Shown in pieces: positions 9,546 to 19,865 of a stretch of 64,000 nt of DNA. Location: the IMG/VR virus record IMGVR_UViG_3300025010_000009, positions 4,776 to 68,775 of that record; one strand, written 5' to 3'. The stretch comes from a virus. Below the pieces are notes generated by a model. It had not been told where the DNA came from, ran no database searches, and saw nothing but the letters and a program-made list of their open reading frames with translations. The position numbers and the translations under genes were made by a program. Within the stretch, counting starts at the first letter, position 1. Each line of letters opens with the position of its first letter.

Positions 9546-11078
9546 ATGCCCTATGTAACTGCAGATCAGAGTTTACCGCGCAGCCTGGACGTGACTATCA
9601 GTTTGAGTAGACCCCAGACTGAGACCAGGACTAATTTAACCCGGCTTTGTGTCGCATGTGAGGATTTGGGATTTTTGCCCAATGAAAATCGGATCAGATT
9701 TTATTCTACTATTGAGGCTGTTGAGAATGATTTTGCTGTTGGTACAGAGGCACATTATGCGGCCAGTGCGTTTTTCAGCCAGACCCCCCGGTCTGTACAG
9801 ATGGCTCTGGGGGAAGTGTTTCTTGATCCCCAGCCCGCTTTGCTTGTAAGTGCAGAACTTACTGCCGCTGATATTACAGCTCTTGAGCTTATATCGGATG
9901 GCACCCTGCTTATTGTCTATAACCCGGACACTGAGGACAGTGGTAGTGGCAGTGCCGTAAGTCTTGAAATGACTGGTTTGGATTTTGATGGCGTTACAAC
10001 CATCGCTGAGATTGCAGCCATTCTTGACGCTGCTACTGATGCCGGCCTTGCCTGTACAGTTCGGACCCTACCAGGTGGGGATGAAATTCTTGAGTTTCGC
10101 ACCACTGCTACAGGGGATTACGTGAGTATTACGTATGCAACAGATCAGGGTACTGGAACTGATGTTAGTGCTTTGCTTAACCTTACTCTGGCAAGTGGTG
10201 GACAGGCAATGAATGGGTATACCCCCACGGGTATTGCTGATGAACTTGCCAGTATTGCGAATGCGGCAAATCAGATTGATGAGTATATTTATGCCTGGGC
10301 TTTGGGTGCCAGTCTGCGTGATGTAGCGTATCAAACCGCTGTTGCAACATGGGTACTGGCTCGGACTGCTGTTACTGCTCTGGTTACAAACGATGTTACG
10401 GCGTTAAGTGCCTCATATGACCTTGACCTTGGTAGTGTGGTTAATGCTGAGGGCAATCGCCGGACAGTTGCCATTTACCATGATGATGCTCAGGCCTATC
10501 CTGATGTATCTATCCTGGCCTATATGCTGCATGTCAATTACCAGCTTCAGGATAGTACGGTAACAGCTAAGTTCAAGACCCTGCCGGGTATCGCTACAGT
10601 TCAGCTGACTGAAACTGAATGGACTATCCTCCAGAGTAAGGGCTACAATACCTATACTGCAATTGGTAATGATGCCCGGACTTTCCGTGAGGGTGAGGCT
10701 GAATCAAGTGGTTGGTTCCTGGATACTGTTATCAATTTGGATAACTTTGTTGAGGACTTAAGCGTTAATGTCTTCAATGTTTTCCTGCGTAATAAAAAGG
10801 TGCCGTATACCCGGCGTGGTCAGATGATGATTGCTGATGCCTGTACTGATACTGGATATCAGTACACTTATAATGGCACCTTTGCTGACCGGGAGGAGCT
10901 TGACACTACTCGTAAATCAGGCACTATCATTACCCCGGCTGTACAGGTATTGCCCACAAGTATTGCACTCATGTCGGCTGCTGACCGGGCAAGTCGTATC
11001 GGTCCCCCTATTGAGATGATTTGCCAAGAGGCTGGGGCTATTCATTCAATTGCAATCAACGTGGAGATTGTGCCCTAA
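9546..11078 (+). CDS. Tail sheath protein (DUF3383-like)
   Basis: 510 aa; AFFSQTPR, TAKFKTLPGI, KVPYT, AGAIHSI motifs. Confidence 0.9.
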   Translation: MPYVTADQSLPRSLDVTISLSRPQTETRTNLTRLCVACEDLGFLPNENRIRFYSTIEAVENDFAVGTEAHYAASAFFSQTPRSVQMALGEVFLDPQPALLVSAELTAADITALELISDGTLLIVYNPDTEDSGSGSAVSLEMTGLDFDGVTTIAEIAAILDAATDAGLACTVRTLPGGDEILEFRTTATGDYVSITYATDQGTGTDVSALLNLTLASGGQAMNGYTPTGIADELASIANAANQIDEYIYAWALGASLRDVAYQTAVATWVLARTAVTALVTNDVTALSASYDLDLGSVVNAEGNRRTVAIYHDDAQAYPDVSILAYMLHVNYQLQDSTVTAKFKTLPGIATVQLTETEWTILQSKGYNTYTAIGNDARTFREGEAESSGWFLDTVINLDNFVEDLSVNVFNVFLRNKKVPYTRRGQMMIADACTDTGYQYTYNGTFADREELDTTRKSGTIITPAVQVLPTSIALMSAADRASRIGPPIEMICQEAGAIHSIAINVEIVP

Positions 11079-11326
11079 TGACTAGTCAATGCTTTCAAAA
11101 TGGCGTAGTTAAGGCACAGGCTGAGGTAATGAACACCTTGGCACAGGCCGGGGTAAAAATATCAAATGATATGCCTGTTAATGCTATTAATAAACTCATT
11201 GATGAGGGAAAGATTGATGAGGCATATCAATTATATCTGAAAGATTCCACGTCTTTTAAAGGTAATATTTCAAAAGAGCAGTTCCTGCGGATGTGGAAAA
11301 GACATTTCCAAGGTGAATCCTGGTGA
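11078..11326 (+). CDS. Small FENG-leader-like protein 3
   Basis: MTSQCFQNGVVKAQAEVMN; ATG overlaps the sheath stop codon. Confidence 0.7.
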   Translation: MTSQCFQNGVVKAQAEVMNTLAQAGVKISNDMPVNAINKLIDEGKIDEAYQLYLKDSTSFKGNISKEQFLRMWKRHFQGESW

Positions 11327-11366
11327 TAAATAAAGTATAAAAATTTGAATTCAAGGGAGGTTTATA

Positions 11367-11621
11367 ATGCGTTTTCAAAAAGGGCAGAATATAGCTCTTC
11401 AGTATATTAATAGTCGTATGTCAGCATTAAAAATAAAGGTTGAAAATGCTTGGTATGAAAAGGGGGATAAGGTAAAATGGTTAGCTCCTGATGGGCATAT
11501 AATGACAGGGGTGGTTACTTTTTCTTTTATGGATGGAGTTTTGACAGTAATGCCGGATCAACCTAATGATAATGGAAAAAGATCTCCTATCCGTATTAAT
11601 CATAATCAGGTAATTAAATAA
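11367..11621 (+). CDS. Small protein with SH3/KOW-like C-terminus and divergent leader
   Basis: SD GGGAGG; YEKGDKVKW...GVV pattern. Confidence 0.6.
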   Translation: MRFQKGQNIALQYINSRMSALKIKVENAWYEKGDKVKWLAPDGHIMTGVVTFSFMDGVLTVMPDQPNDNGKRSPIRINHNQVIK

Positions 11622-11637
11622 AGGAGGATAATAACAA

Positions 11638-12090
11638 ATGCGATTAAATCTTTATGCACAGAATAGACACACTCTCATTATTGACGGCGTACCAATCAGT
11701 GGCTTTGCTGATGGGGATTGGCTTCAGATGAAAGTCGATGGTAATGCAGCGGCAAGAACCCAGGGCGGAGATGGCCCGTCAATGAATTTGAGTACTGCCC
11801 AGGGTGGTACTATTACAGTTAACCTCCTGCCCACAAGTCCGGCTCTTGGGGTTTTATACTCAATTCGGGATGCGCAAAGGGTTAACCCCCGTATGTTCAG
11901 TATTGTACTCATGACAGGAGTTGAGGAGGTAATTAAGGGTGCTGGTTGTGCCTTTGGTGATACCCCCCAATTTCAATCTGGCGGGCCGACTATGCAGGGC
12001 AGGCAGTTTGTGTTTGAATGCCTTGAAATTCAATTGGATACCAGTGCTATAGAGTCCGTAGTGGGCGGCTTTGTAGGCGCACTACTTTAA
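11638..12090 (+). CDS. Tail tube protein (DUF3277-like)
   Basis: IDGVPISGFADGD, GTITVNLLPTSP; follows sheath. Confidence 0.85.
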   Translation: MRLNLYAQNRHTLIIDGVPISGFADGDWLQMKVDGNAAARTQGGDGPSMNLSTAQGGTITVNLLPTSPALGVLYSIRDAQRVNPRMFSIVLMTGVEEVIKGAGCAFGDTPQFQSGGPTMQGRQFVFECLEIQLDTSAIESVVGGFVGALL

Positions 12091-12096
12091 TACTGT

Positions 12097-12182
12097 CGAG
12101 AACCCACTTGTTTTAAACGGAGCCGGGCTTTTAGCCCCTATCCTATAGGGTACTACCCCCTTAACTAAAAACTGCGGAGAAG
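12097..12182 (+). repeat. Dispersed approximately 75-bp motif, copy A (intergenic)
   Basis: ACTTGT..TTTTA..CTATAGGGTACTACCCC..TAAAAA..AGAA with the same spacing as 38606-38682; first 15 bp identical to 47340-47354. Confidence 0.7.
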
Positions 12183-12191
12183 CGAAACAAA

Positions 12192-12674
12192 ATGGAAAAA
12201 CGGGAAAAAGCAGTTGATGACCGGGTATATACTATGCTGGTGCCCCCGGTTAGGCCAGCAATGCGTTTGTGTACGAGGGTGTCTGTATTGATTGGGCCTG
12301 TTCTTGGTACACTCATTCCGATGGTAAAATCCCTTGGTACAGATGTTGAAAACGCTGGGTGGGATAAGCTCCGACTTTCCCTAGATGATTTTGGGTCTGT
12401 TCTGGATAAAGTTGATCCTGATAAAGTTGATGCCCTGTTCATGGAAGCCGTCACGTCCTCAAAATTAACCTGTGGGGGGCAAACCCTTTGTACTGAGGCT
12501 GATTTTGAGCGTCATTTTATGAACCACCGTGGGGATGTCTACCCAGTCAGTATCTGGGTGCTCTGGGAGTGCATCCGTGATTTTTTTCCGCAATTGGGAG
12601 CCTTCGCCCAGACTGTCAAGGACAAGACAGCCCAGGCGGTGATGGTATCCCGATCCCTTCAGGGTGGGAAATAG
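12192..12674 (+). CDS. Tail assembly chaperone (G-like, pre-frameshift product)
   Basis: Between tube and tape measure; slippery T-TTT-TTT at 12581-12587. Confidence 0.8.
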   Translation: MEKREKAVDDRVYTMLVPPVRPAMRLCTRVSVLIGPVLGTLIPMVKSLGTDVENAGWDKLRLSLDDFGSVLDKVDPDKVDALFMEAVTSSKLTCGGQTLCTEADFERHFMNHRGDVYPVSIWVLWECIRDFFPQLGAFAQTVKDKTAQAVMVSRSLQGGK

Positions 12675-12889
12675 ACTGGTGGTGTGGGCGGCCTGTCTGG
12701 GCAGGTTTATGCTCTTGGATTGAATTAAATAATATGAGCGTTATTGACCTTATGGAAATGCATCGGAGCCTTAACCTTAAAGATTGGCTGGAGTACCGAA
12801 GTTATGAACAAGCGCAAGCGCAAGTTCAGGTTCAGGTTCAGGCTCAGGCTCAGGCTCAAACGCGAACAAGACAAGGGGGTGGTAGATGA
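12581..12889 (+). CDS. Tail assembly chaperone -1 frameshift extension (GT-like)
   Basis: -1 frame is open from the T7 run to TGA at 12887-12889; absent from the ORF track. Confidence 0.8.
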   Translation, partial: FFSAIGSLRPDCQGQDSPGGDGIPIPSGWEIDWWCGRPVWAGLCSWIELNNMSVIDLMEMHRSLNLKDWLEYRSYEQAQAQVQVQVQAQAQAQTRTRQGGGR

Positions 12890-13200
12890 CAATAGATGTT
12901 GCAACAGCAATCATGCTATTAGGTGGTATTGTAGGGCTCAGTGTAGTAAATGAGCTTGTTAAGATTTTCTTTCAACGACTGAGGACATCAGATTACATGA
13001 CTGAGAAAAAGTGTGGAATTCAACAGGCACTATGTCAGCAGGGAAGAGAAACTGAGGAAGAAACTCTTGCCCAGGAAGTAGCTGATGTCAAAAAGGATAT
13101 AGCGTGTGTAAAGGATAAGGTAGACGCTATTGCAAAGTTGCTAATGAAAATGGCAGTTGAAATGAAGATCAACCCCAGAGATATTGAAGGAATTATGTAA
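12886..13200 (+). CDS. Single-TM coiled-coil protein (possible lysis accessory)
   Basis: N-terminal hydrophobic helix followed by heptad pattern. Confidence 0.45.
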   Translation: MTIDVATAIMLLGGIVGLSVVNELVKIFFQRLRTSDYMTEKKCGIQQALCQQGRETEEETLAQEVADVKKDIACVKDKVDAIAKLLMKMAVEMKINPRDIEGIM

Positions 13201-14828
13201 TGCCTACTGTTATTGATGAACTTGTAACTATATTAGGCCTGGATATTGCTTCTGGAGTGGCTGCAAAAGTCCAGAAGTTTAATGCCGGACTTGATGGTGT
13301 TACCCGGTTTGCGGGCTGGGCCGGAGCTGCCCTTGTAGCAGCTGCTGGTAGTGTTGCTTATTTTGTTGAGCGTGCAAGTCAGGCTGCAGCAGAACTTGAC
13401 AAATTTCATCAATTAACAGGTATCTCAACCACCAGTCTTCAGGGTCTTCAGTTTGCGGTAGAACAGGCAGGAGGTAGTGCAGATAGCCTGACTAGTGATT
13501 TAATGTCCTTGACCAAAGGGATGTCAAGCCCTATTCCGGGTGAGTTTAACCATGCTCTGTTTATGCTCGGGATAAACTTGAGAAAAGCCAGTGGAGAGGC
13601 CAAAACTGCTGATGAGGTTTTGCTGGATATTGCGGATAGACTTAAGGGTATGTCTACAATTCAGCAAATTCAGTGGGCAAGTCGTATCGGCCTTAGTAAT
13701 GACACAATCCTCTTACTTCAGCAGGGACGGGGAGAAATTGAACGCCTGGTCCAACAGGCTAAGAATATTCCTACAATTGTAGGACCCCAGCAATTAAAAG
13801 ATGCACGTGAGTTTGTTATCCAATTAGCAATGGCCCGGCGTATCCTGACCTATTTGGGGCAAGAGGCTTCAAGTGCGGCTGGCCCTGCCCTACAAGCCCT
13901 TGTTGGTGACTTTTCTGATTGGTTGAGGCTCAATAAAGAGTTTATCCAATTAGGTCTTAAAAATTTTATTGACGGCGTTGTAGATGGTTTTGGTCGTTTT
14001 GGTCAAGTGATTAGATCAGTTAGGGAGGAGGTTGAATACTATTTACCGCAGGCCAGTAAATTTATCCAGGCTCTTACAGACGCTCACACTATTTCTGCTG
14101 TGGTTTTTGCAACGCTGACGGCTTTAGCGGGTGTGCTGGCATTAATGACTGTTAAATTTGCGGCCATTGCGGCCGCAATACTGGCAGCTGCTCTTGTGTT
14201 TGAGGACTTTCTGACCTATTTACGGGGTGGGAGTTCAGAAATAGGGAAATTAATTATCTGGGTTGATAAGATGTATACTCAATTCAGTAAGAAATTTCCG
14301 GCCATAACTGATATATTAAAAAGTTTTGCCAGTGTCATTAAGGGCGTAGTAGTCATAAGCATAGACGCCGTGACAAAGAGCGTACGCTTACTTTGGGAGG
14401 GGTTAAAGATGATGGGCGGGGCTCTGAGTTGGGTGCTTGATAAAGTAGAGGGTGGCATGTCCTTCTTGGGGTTTGGAACTGGATCAGATATGTCACCTCT
14501 AACCCAATCAGTTATGAATGAAATTGCTGTTAAGGTTTCTACTTTTGGAACTGGACTTGTACAAGATGCGCAAAAGTTTAACAATACGCAAGCTCCTATA
14601 CCCCCAGCACTGCAACAAGGAGTGGGTATGCCCCCGGCTGAAGTTGGTATAGATCGACAAAAGTCTACTGGATCTGAAATGAAGGAATGGCAACAAAAAG
14701 TTGAGATTAAGCAGGAATTTCATATTCAGGGGGATAATGCTATGGGTATAGCTGCAGAAACGAGTAGGAAAATGGAAACTGCATTACACCAGTTATTCCC
14801 TGGGGGTCTTGCCCCGGTTTCAAATTAA
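13200..14828 (+). CDS. Tape measure protein
   Basis: 542 aa helical Ala/Leu-rich; TVIDELVTILG start; hydrophobic middle segment; synteny. Confidence 0.85.
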   Translation: MPTVIDELVTILGLDIASGVAAKVQKFNAGLDGVTRFAGWAGAALVAAAGSVAYFVERASQAAAELDKFHQLTGISTTSLQGLQFAVEQAGGSADSLTSDLMSLTKGMSSPIPGEFNHALFMLGINLRKASGEAKTADEVLLDIADRLKGMSTIQQIQWASRIGLSNDTILLLQQGRGEIERLVQQAKNIPTIVGPQQLKDAREFVIQLAMARRILTYLGQEASSAAGPALQALVGDFSDWLRLNKEFIQLGLKNFIDGVVDGFGRFGQVIRSVREEVEYYLPQASKFIQALTDAHTISAVVFATLTALAGVLALMTVKFAAIAAAILAAALVFEDFLTYLRGGSSEIGKLIIWVDKMYTQFSKKFPAITDILKSFASVIKGVVVISIDAVTKSVRLLWEGLKMMGGALSWVLDKVEGGMSFLGFGTGSDMSPLTQSVMNEIAVKVSTFGTGLVQDAQKFNNTQAPIPPALQQGVGMPPAEVGIDRQKSTGSEMKEWQQKVEIKQEFHIQGDNAMGIAAETSRKMETALHQLFPGGLAPVSN

Positions 14829-14843
14829 TAATAGGAGAATACC

Positions 14844-15521
14844 GTGGCCTTAACTGATAGACTGCAATTAATATCAAATAGTTTAGTGGGTGGAAATATT
14901 GTTTCTGTCCTAACTAGACAGGCTATCAGGTTAAATGCCCTTGGTAGTGCAGCAGCTTTTGCTCTGCGTAAAAGTCAATTATACACCCAGGCTCAGGCAT
15001 ATATTCCCCCGGCTATTTTTGTGGCCGGTATCCCAGTATCAGCCAGGATGCAGGAGGCTTACACCTTTCAATCTGATATTTCCCAGCATCCTGTTGAGTC
15101 CGGTGCGCCCGTAACTGACCATGTACTCCTGCACCCATTACGAATAAATTTATCATTTGAAATCAGTAATTGGCGTAAGGGTGATGCTGAATATAGTTTA
15201 TCTCTTTTTGAACTTATGTGGCAACAACGTGTTCTTGTTGAGCTATTGACGGAGCATAAGAAAATACCTGATATGGTTCTTATTCATTTTGAGGCCGCAA
15301 ACACAACACCTGTATGGGGTAGACTTGAATGTCGGGCAACCTTTCAACAGGTAAAATTAGTTGAACTTGAAACAGCTCCATACCCAGAGGAAAAGGTCAC
15401 CCCCACTGAAAATACAGGAGGGGAGGATGTATCAAAAAGCGCAGAATCCCCAGTGGATCAGGGACAACAAACCCCGCAGGATAAATCAGGGTTAACAAAT
15501 TTATTGGATTTGTTCAGATGA
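14844..15521 (+). CDS. Baseplate/tube-initiator (Dit-like) protein
   Basis: ISQHPVESGAPVTDH motif. Confidence 0.75.
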   Translation: MALTDRLQLISNSLVGGNIVSVLTRQAIRLNALGSAAAFALRKSQLYTQAQAYIPPAIFVAGIPVSARMQEAYTFQSDISQHPVESGAPVTDHVLLHPLRINLSFEISNWRKGDAEYSLSLFELMWQQRVLVELLTEHKKIPDMVLIHFEAANTTPVWGRLECRATFQQVKLVELETAPYPEEKVTPTENTGGEDVSKSAESPVDQGQQTPQDKSGLTNLLDLFR

Positions 15522-15847
15522 AATTAATTGAACTCACATCAAGCGGGCAGGGGCAGACAGCAGTTGATCTCAATACAGCTGTTGTTACTTTTATTACCCG
15601 TTATAACCATTCTGCTGAGGCCTGGGTATTAGACTTATATGATTCAGAGGGTAATGACATCTTATTAGGCCTGATGCTCCTGCCCGGAATTGACCTGCTT
15701 TCCCCATATCAGCACCAGAAACTCCTATATGGCGGGCTAGTCTTAGTTGAAAAAGAGACAGACGCATATAAGGATCCTGATGGACTTGGTACTAGTACAA
15801 AATTGTTATGGTACCCCCCTGGGGAAGAGGTTGTAATCCCGACATGA
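15518..15847 (+). CDS. Small baseplate protein
   Basis: RYN...WVLDL..GIDLLSPY pattern; synteny. Confidence 0.7.
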   Translation: MKLIELTSSGQGQTAVDLNTAVVTFITRYNHSAEAWVLDLYDSEGNDILLGLMLLPGIDLLSPYQHQKLLYGGLVLVEKETDAYKDPDGLGTSTKLLWYPPGEEVVIPT

Positions 15848-16737
15848 GTAACCAGCCATTTATAAGACAGGTAGAACTTCTAATCGGACCCCTTGAGGAA
15901 TGGCGTGGGGGTGGTAATCAGGATCTTGCCCTGCGTATTTTTTCAGACGGCAGCAATGATGGTCTGAGGATAAGGTTTGCAGTTCGTAAACATATAATTA
16001 GTACAGCAAGCCCAACAGTTATATCAGTATATAATCTTGGACCAAAATTAAGAGCAAGCCTTCAAAAATCTAATGCTCAAATTGTTCTCCGGGCTGGGTG
16101 GGCAAATACAGGCTTGACTACAATATTTAGTGGCTCCCTTCTGGCCTGTGTTCACCAAAGAGAAGGTGCTGATATTGTAACACAATTAATTAGTTTATCT
16201 GGTTTTGGCGGGTGCGCTCGTACAACAATTGCTGGAACATTTACTGAGGGGGCGTCAATAACTGAAATTGTGACAGGGTTTGCTGGTGTTATACCGGGGG
16301 TTAAAGTTGACCCAAAATTGATTCAAATATCTGAACATTTTGTTGGTAGTCAGGGTATGTCCTTCCCACCTATTCCGGTGGCTGAGGCCCTTGATAAACT
16401 TGCTCGGGTTTATGGTTTTAGTTGGTGGATTGATAAGGGTTATTTTCATGCTCTTGATGATGAACAATCTATTTCTGGCGGTGAGGTATTCCTGAGTACC
16501 AATAATGGATTTTTATTCAGAGTGGAGCCTATGTTAGTTTCCCCTATGCAAGTGAAAGCAGGGGTTTCAGTACATTCCCTATTTAACCCTGGAATTGAGG
16601 CAGGTAAGACAGTAAGGATTGAGAGCACTGTAAATCCGCAGCTTAATGGTAGTTACAAGGTACACACCCTTAGTCATTCGGGTGATACTCATGGAAGTCA
16701 ATGGGATACCCATGTGGAAAGTTGGGTGGTGGTCTAA
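15844..16737 (+). CDS. Baseplate hub protein
   Basis: ISVYNL, LRAGW, HSGDTHGSQW. Confidence 0.8.
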   Translation: MSNQPFIRQVELLIGPLEEWRGGGNQDLALRIFSDGSNDGLRIRFAVRKHIISTASPTVISVYNLGPKLRASLQKSNAQIVLRAGWANTGLTTIFSGSLLACVHQREGADIVTQLISLSGFGGCARTTIAGTFTEGASITEIVTGFAGVIPGVKVDPKLIQISEHFVGSQGMSFPPIPVAEALDKLARVYGFSWWIDKGYFHALDDEQSISGGEVFLSTNNGFLFRVEPMLVSPMQVKAGVSVHSLFNPGIEAGKTVRIESTVNPQLNGSYKVHTLSHSGDTHGSQWDTHVESWVVV

Positions 16738-17457
16738 ATGGATACTAGAACATCTGATCAAATAACGCAAATGAGGGAAATTATTGACCGCGCCCTCTCT
16801 AGGATTAATACATGTATTCCTGGTGTTATCCAATCATTTAATCCACTGACTCAGACTGCTAGTGTTACTCCAGCAGTTCAGAGTAAAAAGATAGTGGATG
16901 GGGTTGTATCCTATGAGGATTACCCGGTGGTCATTAATGTGCCTGTGGTATTTCCGTTTGTTACTGTTCAGGGCTTTGCACTTACCCTGCCTATTTCAGC
17001 TGGAGATGCCTGTATATTGATATTTGCTCAACGGGCTCTGGATAATTGGCATGATCATGGGGGAGTACAACCCCCGGAAATGACTAATGGTGGTTGTCGT
17101 CATCATGATCTTACGGACGCAATAGCAATTCTGGCGGCACCCCCGGCGCCGAATGCGCTTTCTGCTTGGAATACTACGGGTATTGAACTTAGAAATGAGG
17201 ATAGATCAAATCGGATTACCCTTGACGATACTGGAATTACTCTATGGGTAGGCTCCAGTACAAGAATTGTGATTACAGACGGACAAATCCTCTTTCAGGT
17301 TGGGACAAAAACATTTACTATGACTGAAACTAATATTGAATCTAATATCACTATTAATACCACTGGAGATATTATTTCCAATGATGTGGTACTTGATAGT
17401 CATGTACATAGTGGGGTAGAACCCGGTAGCGGTACAACTGGAGGACCTGTAGTATGA
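16738..17457 (+). CDS. Baseplate central spike (Gp138/gpV-like)
   Basis: RHHDLTDA and C-terminal HVH iron-binding apex followed by SGVEPG. Confidence 0.9.
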   Translation: MDTRTSDQITQMREIIDRALSRINTCIPGVIQSFNPLTQTASVTPAVQSKKIVDGVVSYEDYPVVINVPVVFPFVTVQGFALTLPISAGDACILIFAQRALDNWHDHGGVQPPEMTNGGCRHHDLTDAIAILAAPPAPNALSAWNTTGIELRNEDRSNRITLDDTGITLWVGSSTRIVITDGQILFQVGTKTFTMTETNIESNITINTTGDIISNDVVLDSHVHSGVEPGSGTTGGPVV

Positions 17458-17840
17458 GTATGACCTGGGGAATAAGTCTTGACTACCATGATCTTGTAGT
17501 AGATACAGGGGGCACACTCTTAAAAGTATATGGTGCTGAGGAAGTACGTCAGCGCATTCTCGTGTCCTTGCTTCATCATTGGGAAGAGTATTTTTTGAAC
17601 GTACCGGCTGGGGTGCCCTGGTATCAGCTTATACTAGGTAGTAAGGATAAAAAGATGGTTGAAACTATTTTACGCAGACGGGTTCTTGAGGTTCCGGGTG
17701 TTGCCAGTATCCTTGACTTTCAGCTTGTTTGGCCGAGTACAACAACAGCTCGACAGATGGAAGTATACATGAGTGTTGAGGTCTTAGGCCAGGATGCCCC
17801 TGAAATTGTAGACCTAACTGCAGCTATTCTTTTACAATAA
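17454..17840 (+). CDS. Baseplate wedge / sheath initiator protein
   Basis: EYFLNVPAGVPW, VPGVASI. Confidence 0.75.
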   Translation: MSMTWGISLDYHDLVVDTGGTLLKVYGAEEVRQRILVSLLHHWEEYFLNVPAGVPWYQLILGSKDKKMVETILRRRVLEVPGVASILDFQLVWPSTTTARQMEVYMSVEVLGQDAPEIVDLTAAILLQ

Positions 17841-17850
17841 AGGAAATGCC

Positions 17851-19071
17851 ATGACTGAATTTGGAATAAATGAGACTGGTTTTAACCTGAAGCGTCTGGC
17901 AGATATTCTTGCTGATATGAAGACTGCTTTATCTACTGTAACAGATCCAATTACAGGTGAAAGCCTTACTCCTGATTTACTTGATGAAAATGATCCACTT
18001 ATTCAATTGGTCAATACCTTTAGTGATACCCTGGCCTTAGGTTGGGAGCAACTTCAACTTGCATATAATCAATTTGATCCCCTAAAGGCTACGGGGGCTG
18101 GCCTATCTGGATTGGTACAGCTTAATAAGCTATCTCGTCAGGCAGGTAGTAAGTCAACAGTAGTCTTGACCTTGACTGGTACTGTTGACAAATCTGTTCC
18201 TGCGGGCAAGATTGTTACTGATATGAATTCTACCTATAATTGGGTTCTACCCGCATTTACATTTGATGGCGCTGGTGAGGCTACTGTTACAGCAACGGCT
18301 TCAGAATATGGGCCATCAACAGCATTAGCTGGCACTCTCGTTAAAATTGTAACCCCGTATTCAGGTTGGACCTCAGTTACAAATGCTGCTGATGCCATAG
18401 TAGGTACAGATGAAGAGACGGATTCAGAGTTAAGAACTCGACAACAGGATAGCACTGCAACAGGTGGAGCTACTATTGAAAGTATTTACACTGCACTTTT
18501 AGCACTTGATGGGGTCACCTATGCGCACGTATACCAGAATATAACTGATGTTGTAGATTCTCGGGGAATACCTGCTCATCAGGTTGCTGTTGTTATTTTA
18601 GGCGGTGATGACGGAGAGATAGCAGATGTCCTCTTTAACCATATGCCTGCTGGGGTATCTACATATGGTACTTCCTCAGATACTGTAACAGATACCCAGG
18701 GCATTACCTATACCTATTATTTTACTCGGCCTGCTGAGATTGATATATATATTGATATTGAGGTTGAAGTTGTTGACACTTCTCTCTGGCCGGATGATGG
18801 GGATGATCAAATTAAGGCCGCAATTCTGGCTTATGCTGTTTATGGTCGGGATGGACTGGGTATCCCGGCCGGATTTGACCCTGATGGATACCCCCCTGGG
18901 CAGAGCGTTTACGCCAGTGAACAATATACTCCAATTAATAGTATTCAGGGACATAGGGTTGTATCTGTTTATGTAGATACAACTCCAAGTCCAGCAGCGG
19001 TGTCTGTTAGTATTGATTGGAATGAAATTGCAGTATTTGATGCCGCGAATATAAATATTACAGTGAGTTAA
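17851..19071 (+). CDS. Baseplate J-like wedge protein
   Basis: GTDEETDSELRTR motif; 406 aa. Confidence 0.9.
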   Translation: MTEFGINETGFNLKRLADILADMKTALSTVTDPITGESLTPDLLDENDPLIQLVNTFSDTLALGWEQLQLAYNQFDPLKATGAGLSGLVQLNKLSRQAGSKSTVVLTLTGTVDKSVPAGKIVTDMNSTYNWVLPAFTFDGAGEATVTATASEYGPSTALAGTLVKIVTPYSGWTSVTNAADAIVGTDEETDSELRTRQQDSTATGGATIESIYTALLALDGVTYAHVYQNITDVVDSRGIPAHQVAVVILGGDDGEIADVLFNHMPAGVSTYGTSSDTVTDTQGITYTYYFTRPAEIDIYIDIEVEVVDTSLWPDDGDDQIKAAILAYAVYGRDGLGIPAGFDPDGYPPGQSVYASEQYTPINSIQGHRVVSVYVDTTPSPAAVSVSIDWNEIAVFDAANINITVS

Positions 19072-19073
19072 TC

Positions 19074-19865
19074 ATGACATTTCAATCTGTAGAATTTCCA
19101 GAAATTGATATTGAAACCAGGGCATTGAGTAGGGTTTTACTACAATTCCGAAAGTCTCCGGTATTCCTCCAGGTATTGGAGGCCATGATGTCTGAATTAA
19201 CAGCATTTGTAACAGCTGTACAACAGGTAATGGAATATCGTACGTGCGCAAATGCTGAGGGGGAAAATCTTGATGTACTGGGGCGGATTGTTGGACAATT
19301 TCGAGAGTTAATTAATTATGATGTAATTACCTGGTTTACCCCTGATGCAGAGTATGCCCTGCTTAATCAAGCTCCTATATGGGTTACAAATGCACCACTT
19401 GCAGAGAGTTTTGAGGCTGATGATTTTTGGTTCCGGCAACTCATTGAGGGTAAGATTGCTCGAAATTTTGTTCAGTACGGAAGTGTACCTGAAATACAGG
19501 ATATGGTAAAACGAGCACTTGGCCTTGATATAAGTATTGTTAATGTGGTTGGTAATCCCCTTACGGTATTAATCATTGTGCCTGATAATACATCATTAAA
19601 TAATCTATTGCTATTGCAGAGAGTAGGTAATAACGCAACAGTTGATAGCGTATTTTTCTTACCCCTTCCTGCTGGAGTACAGATAGCGCAGGTAATCTAT
19701 TGGTCTGATTATTTCTCATCTTGGGGTACTACTTCAGATTGGTCAGACGTTGGGGATTGGAGTGATACTGGGGATTGGAGTGATACTGGGGATTGGAGTG
19801 ATACTGGGGATATTGAGGCCCTTGATTTTGATGGTCGTGGGGCAATTTTGCCCGGCATAGGATAA
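19074..19865 (+). CDS. Baseplate wedge protein (DUF2612-like) with C-terminal WSDTGD repeats
   Basis: AEGENLDVLGRIVG, PLPAGV. Confidence 0.8.
   Translation: MTFQSVEFPEIDIETRALSRVLLQFRKSPVFLQVLEAMMSELTAFVTAVQQVMEYRTCANAEGENLDVLGRIVGQFRELINYDVITWFTPDAEYALLNQAPIWVTNAPLAESFEADDFWFRQLIEGKIARNFVQYGSVPEIQDMVKRALGLDISIVNVVGNPLTVLIIVPDNTSLNNLLLLQRVGNNATVDSVFFLPLPAGVQIAQVIYWSDYFSSWGTTSDWSDVGDWSDTGDWSDTGDWSDTGDIEALDFDGRGAILPGIG
19737..19811 (+). repeat. 18-bp tandem repeat x4 (DWSD[VT]G)
   Basis: GATTGGAGTGATACTGGG units; the first copy is degenerate. Confidence 0.95.

Noticed and set aside
12744-12953. RFRFRLRL-rich ORF
   Set aside because: Alternative frame of the hexamer repeat in the chaperone frameshift extension
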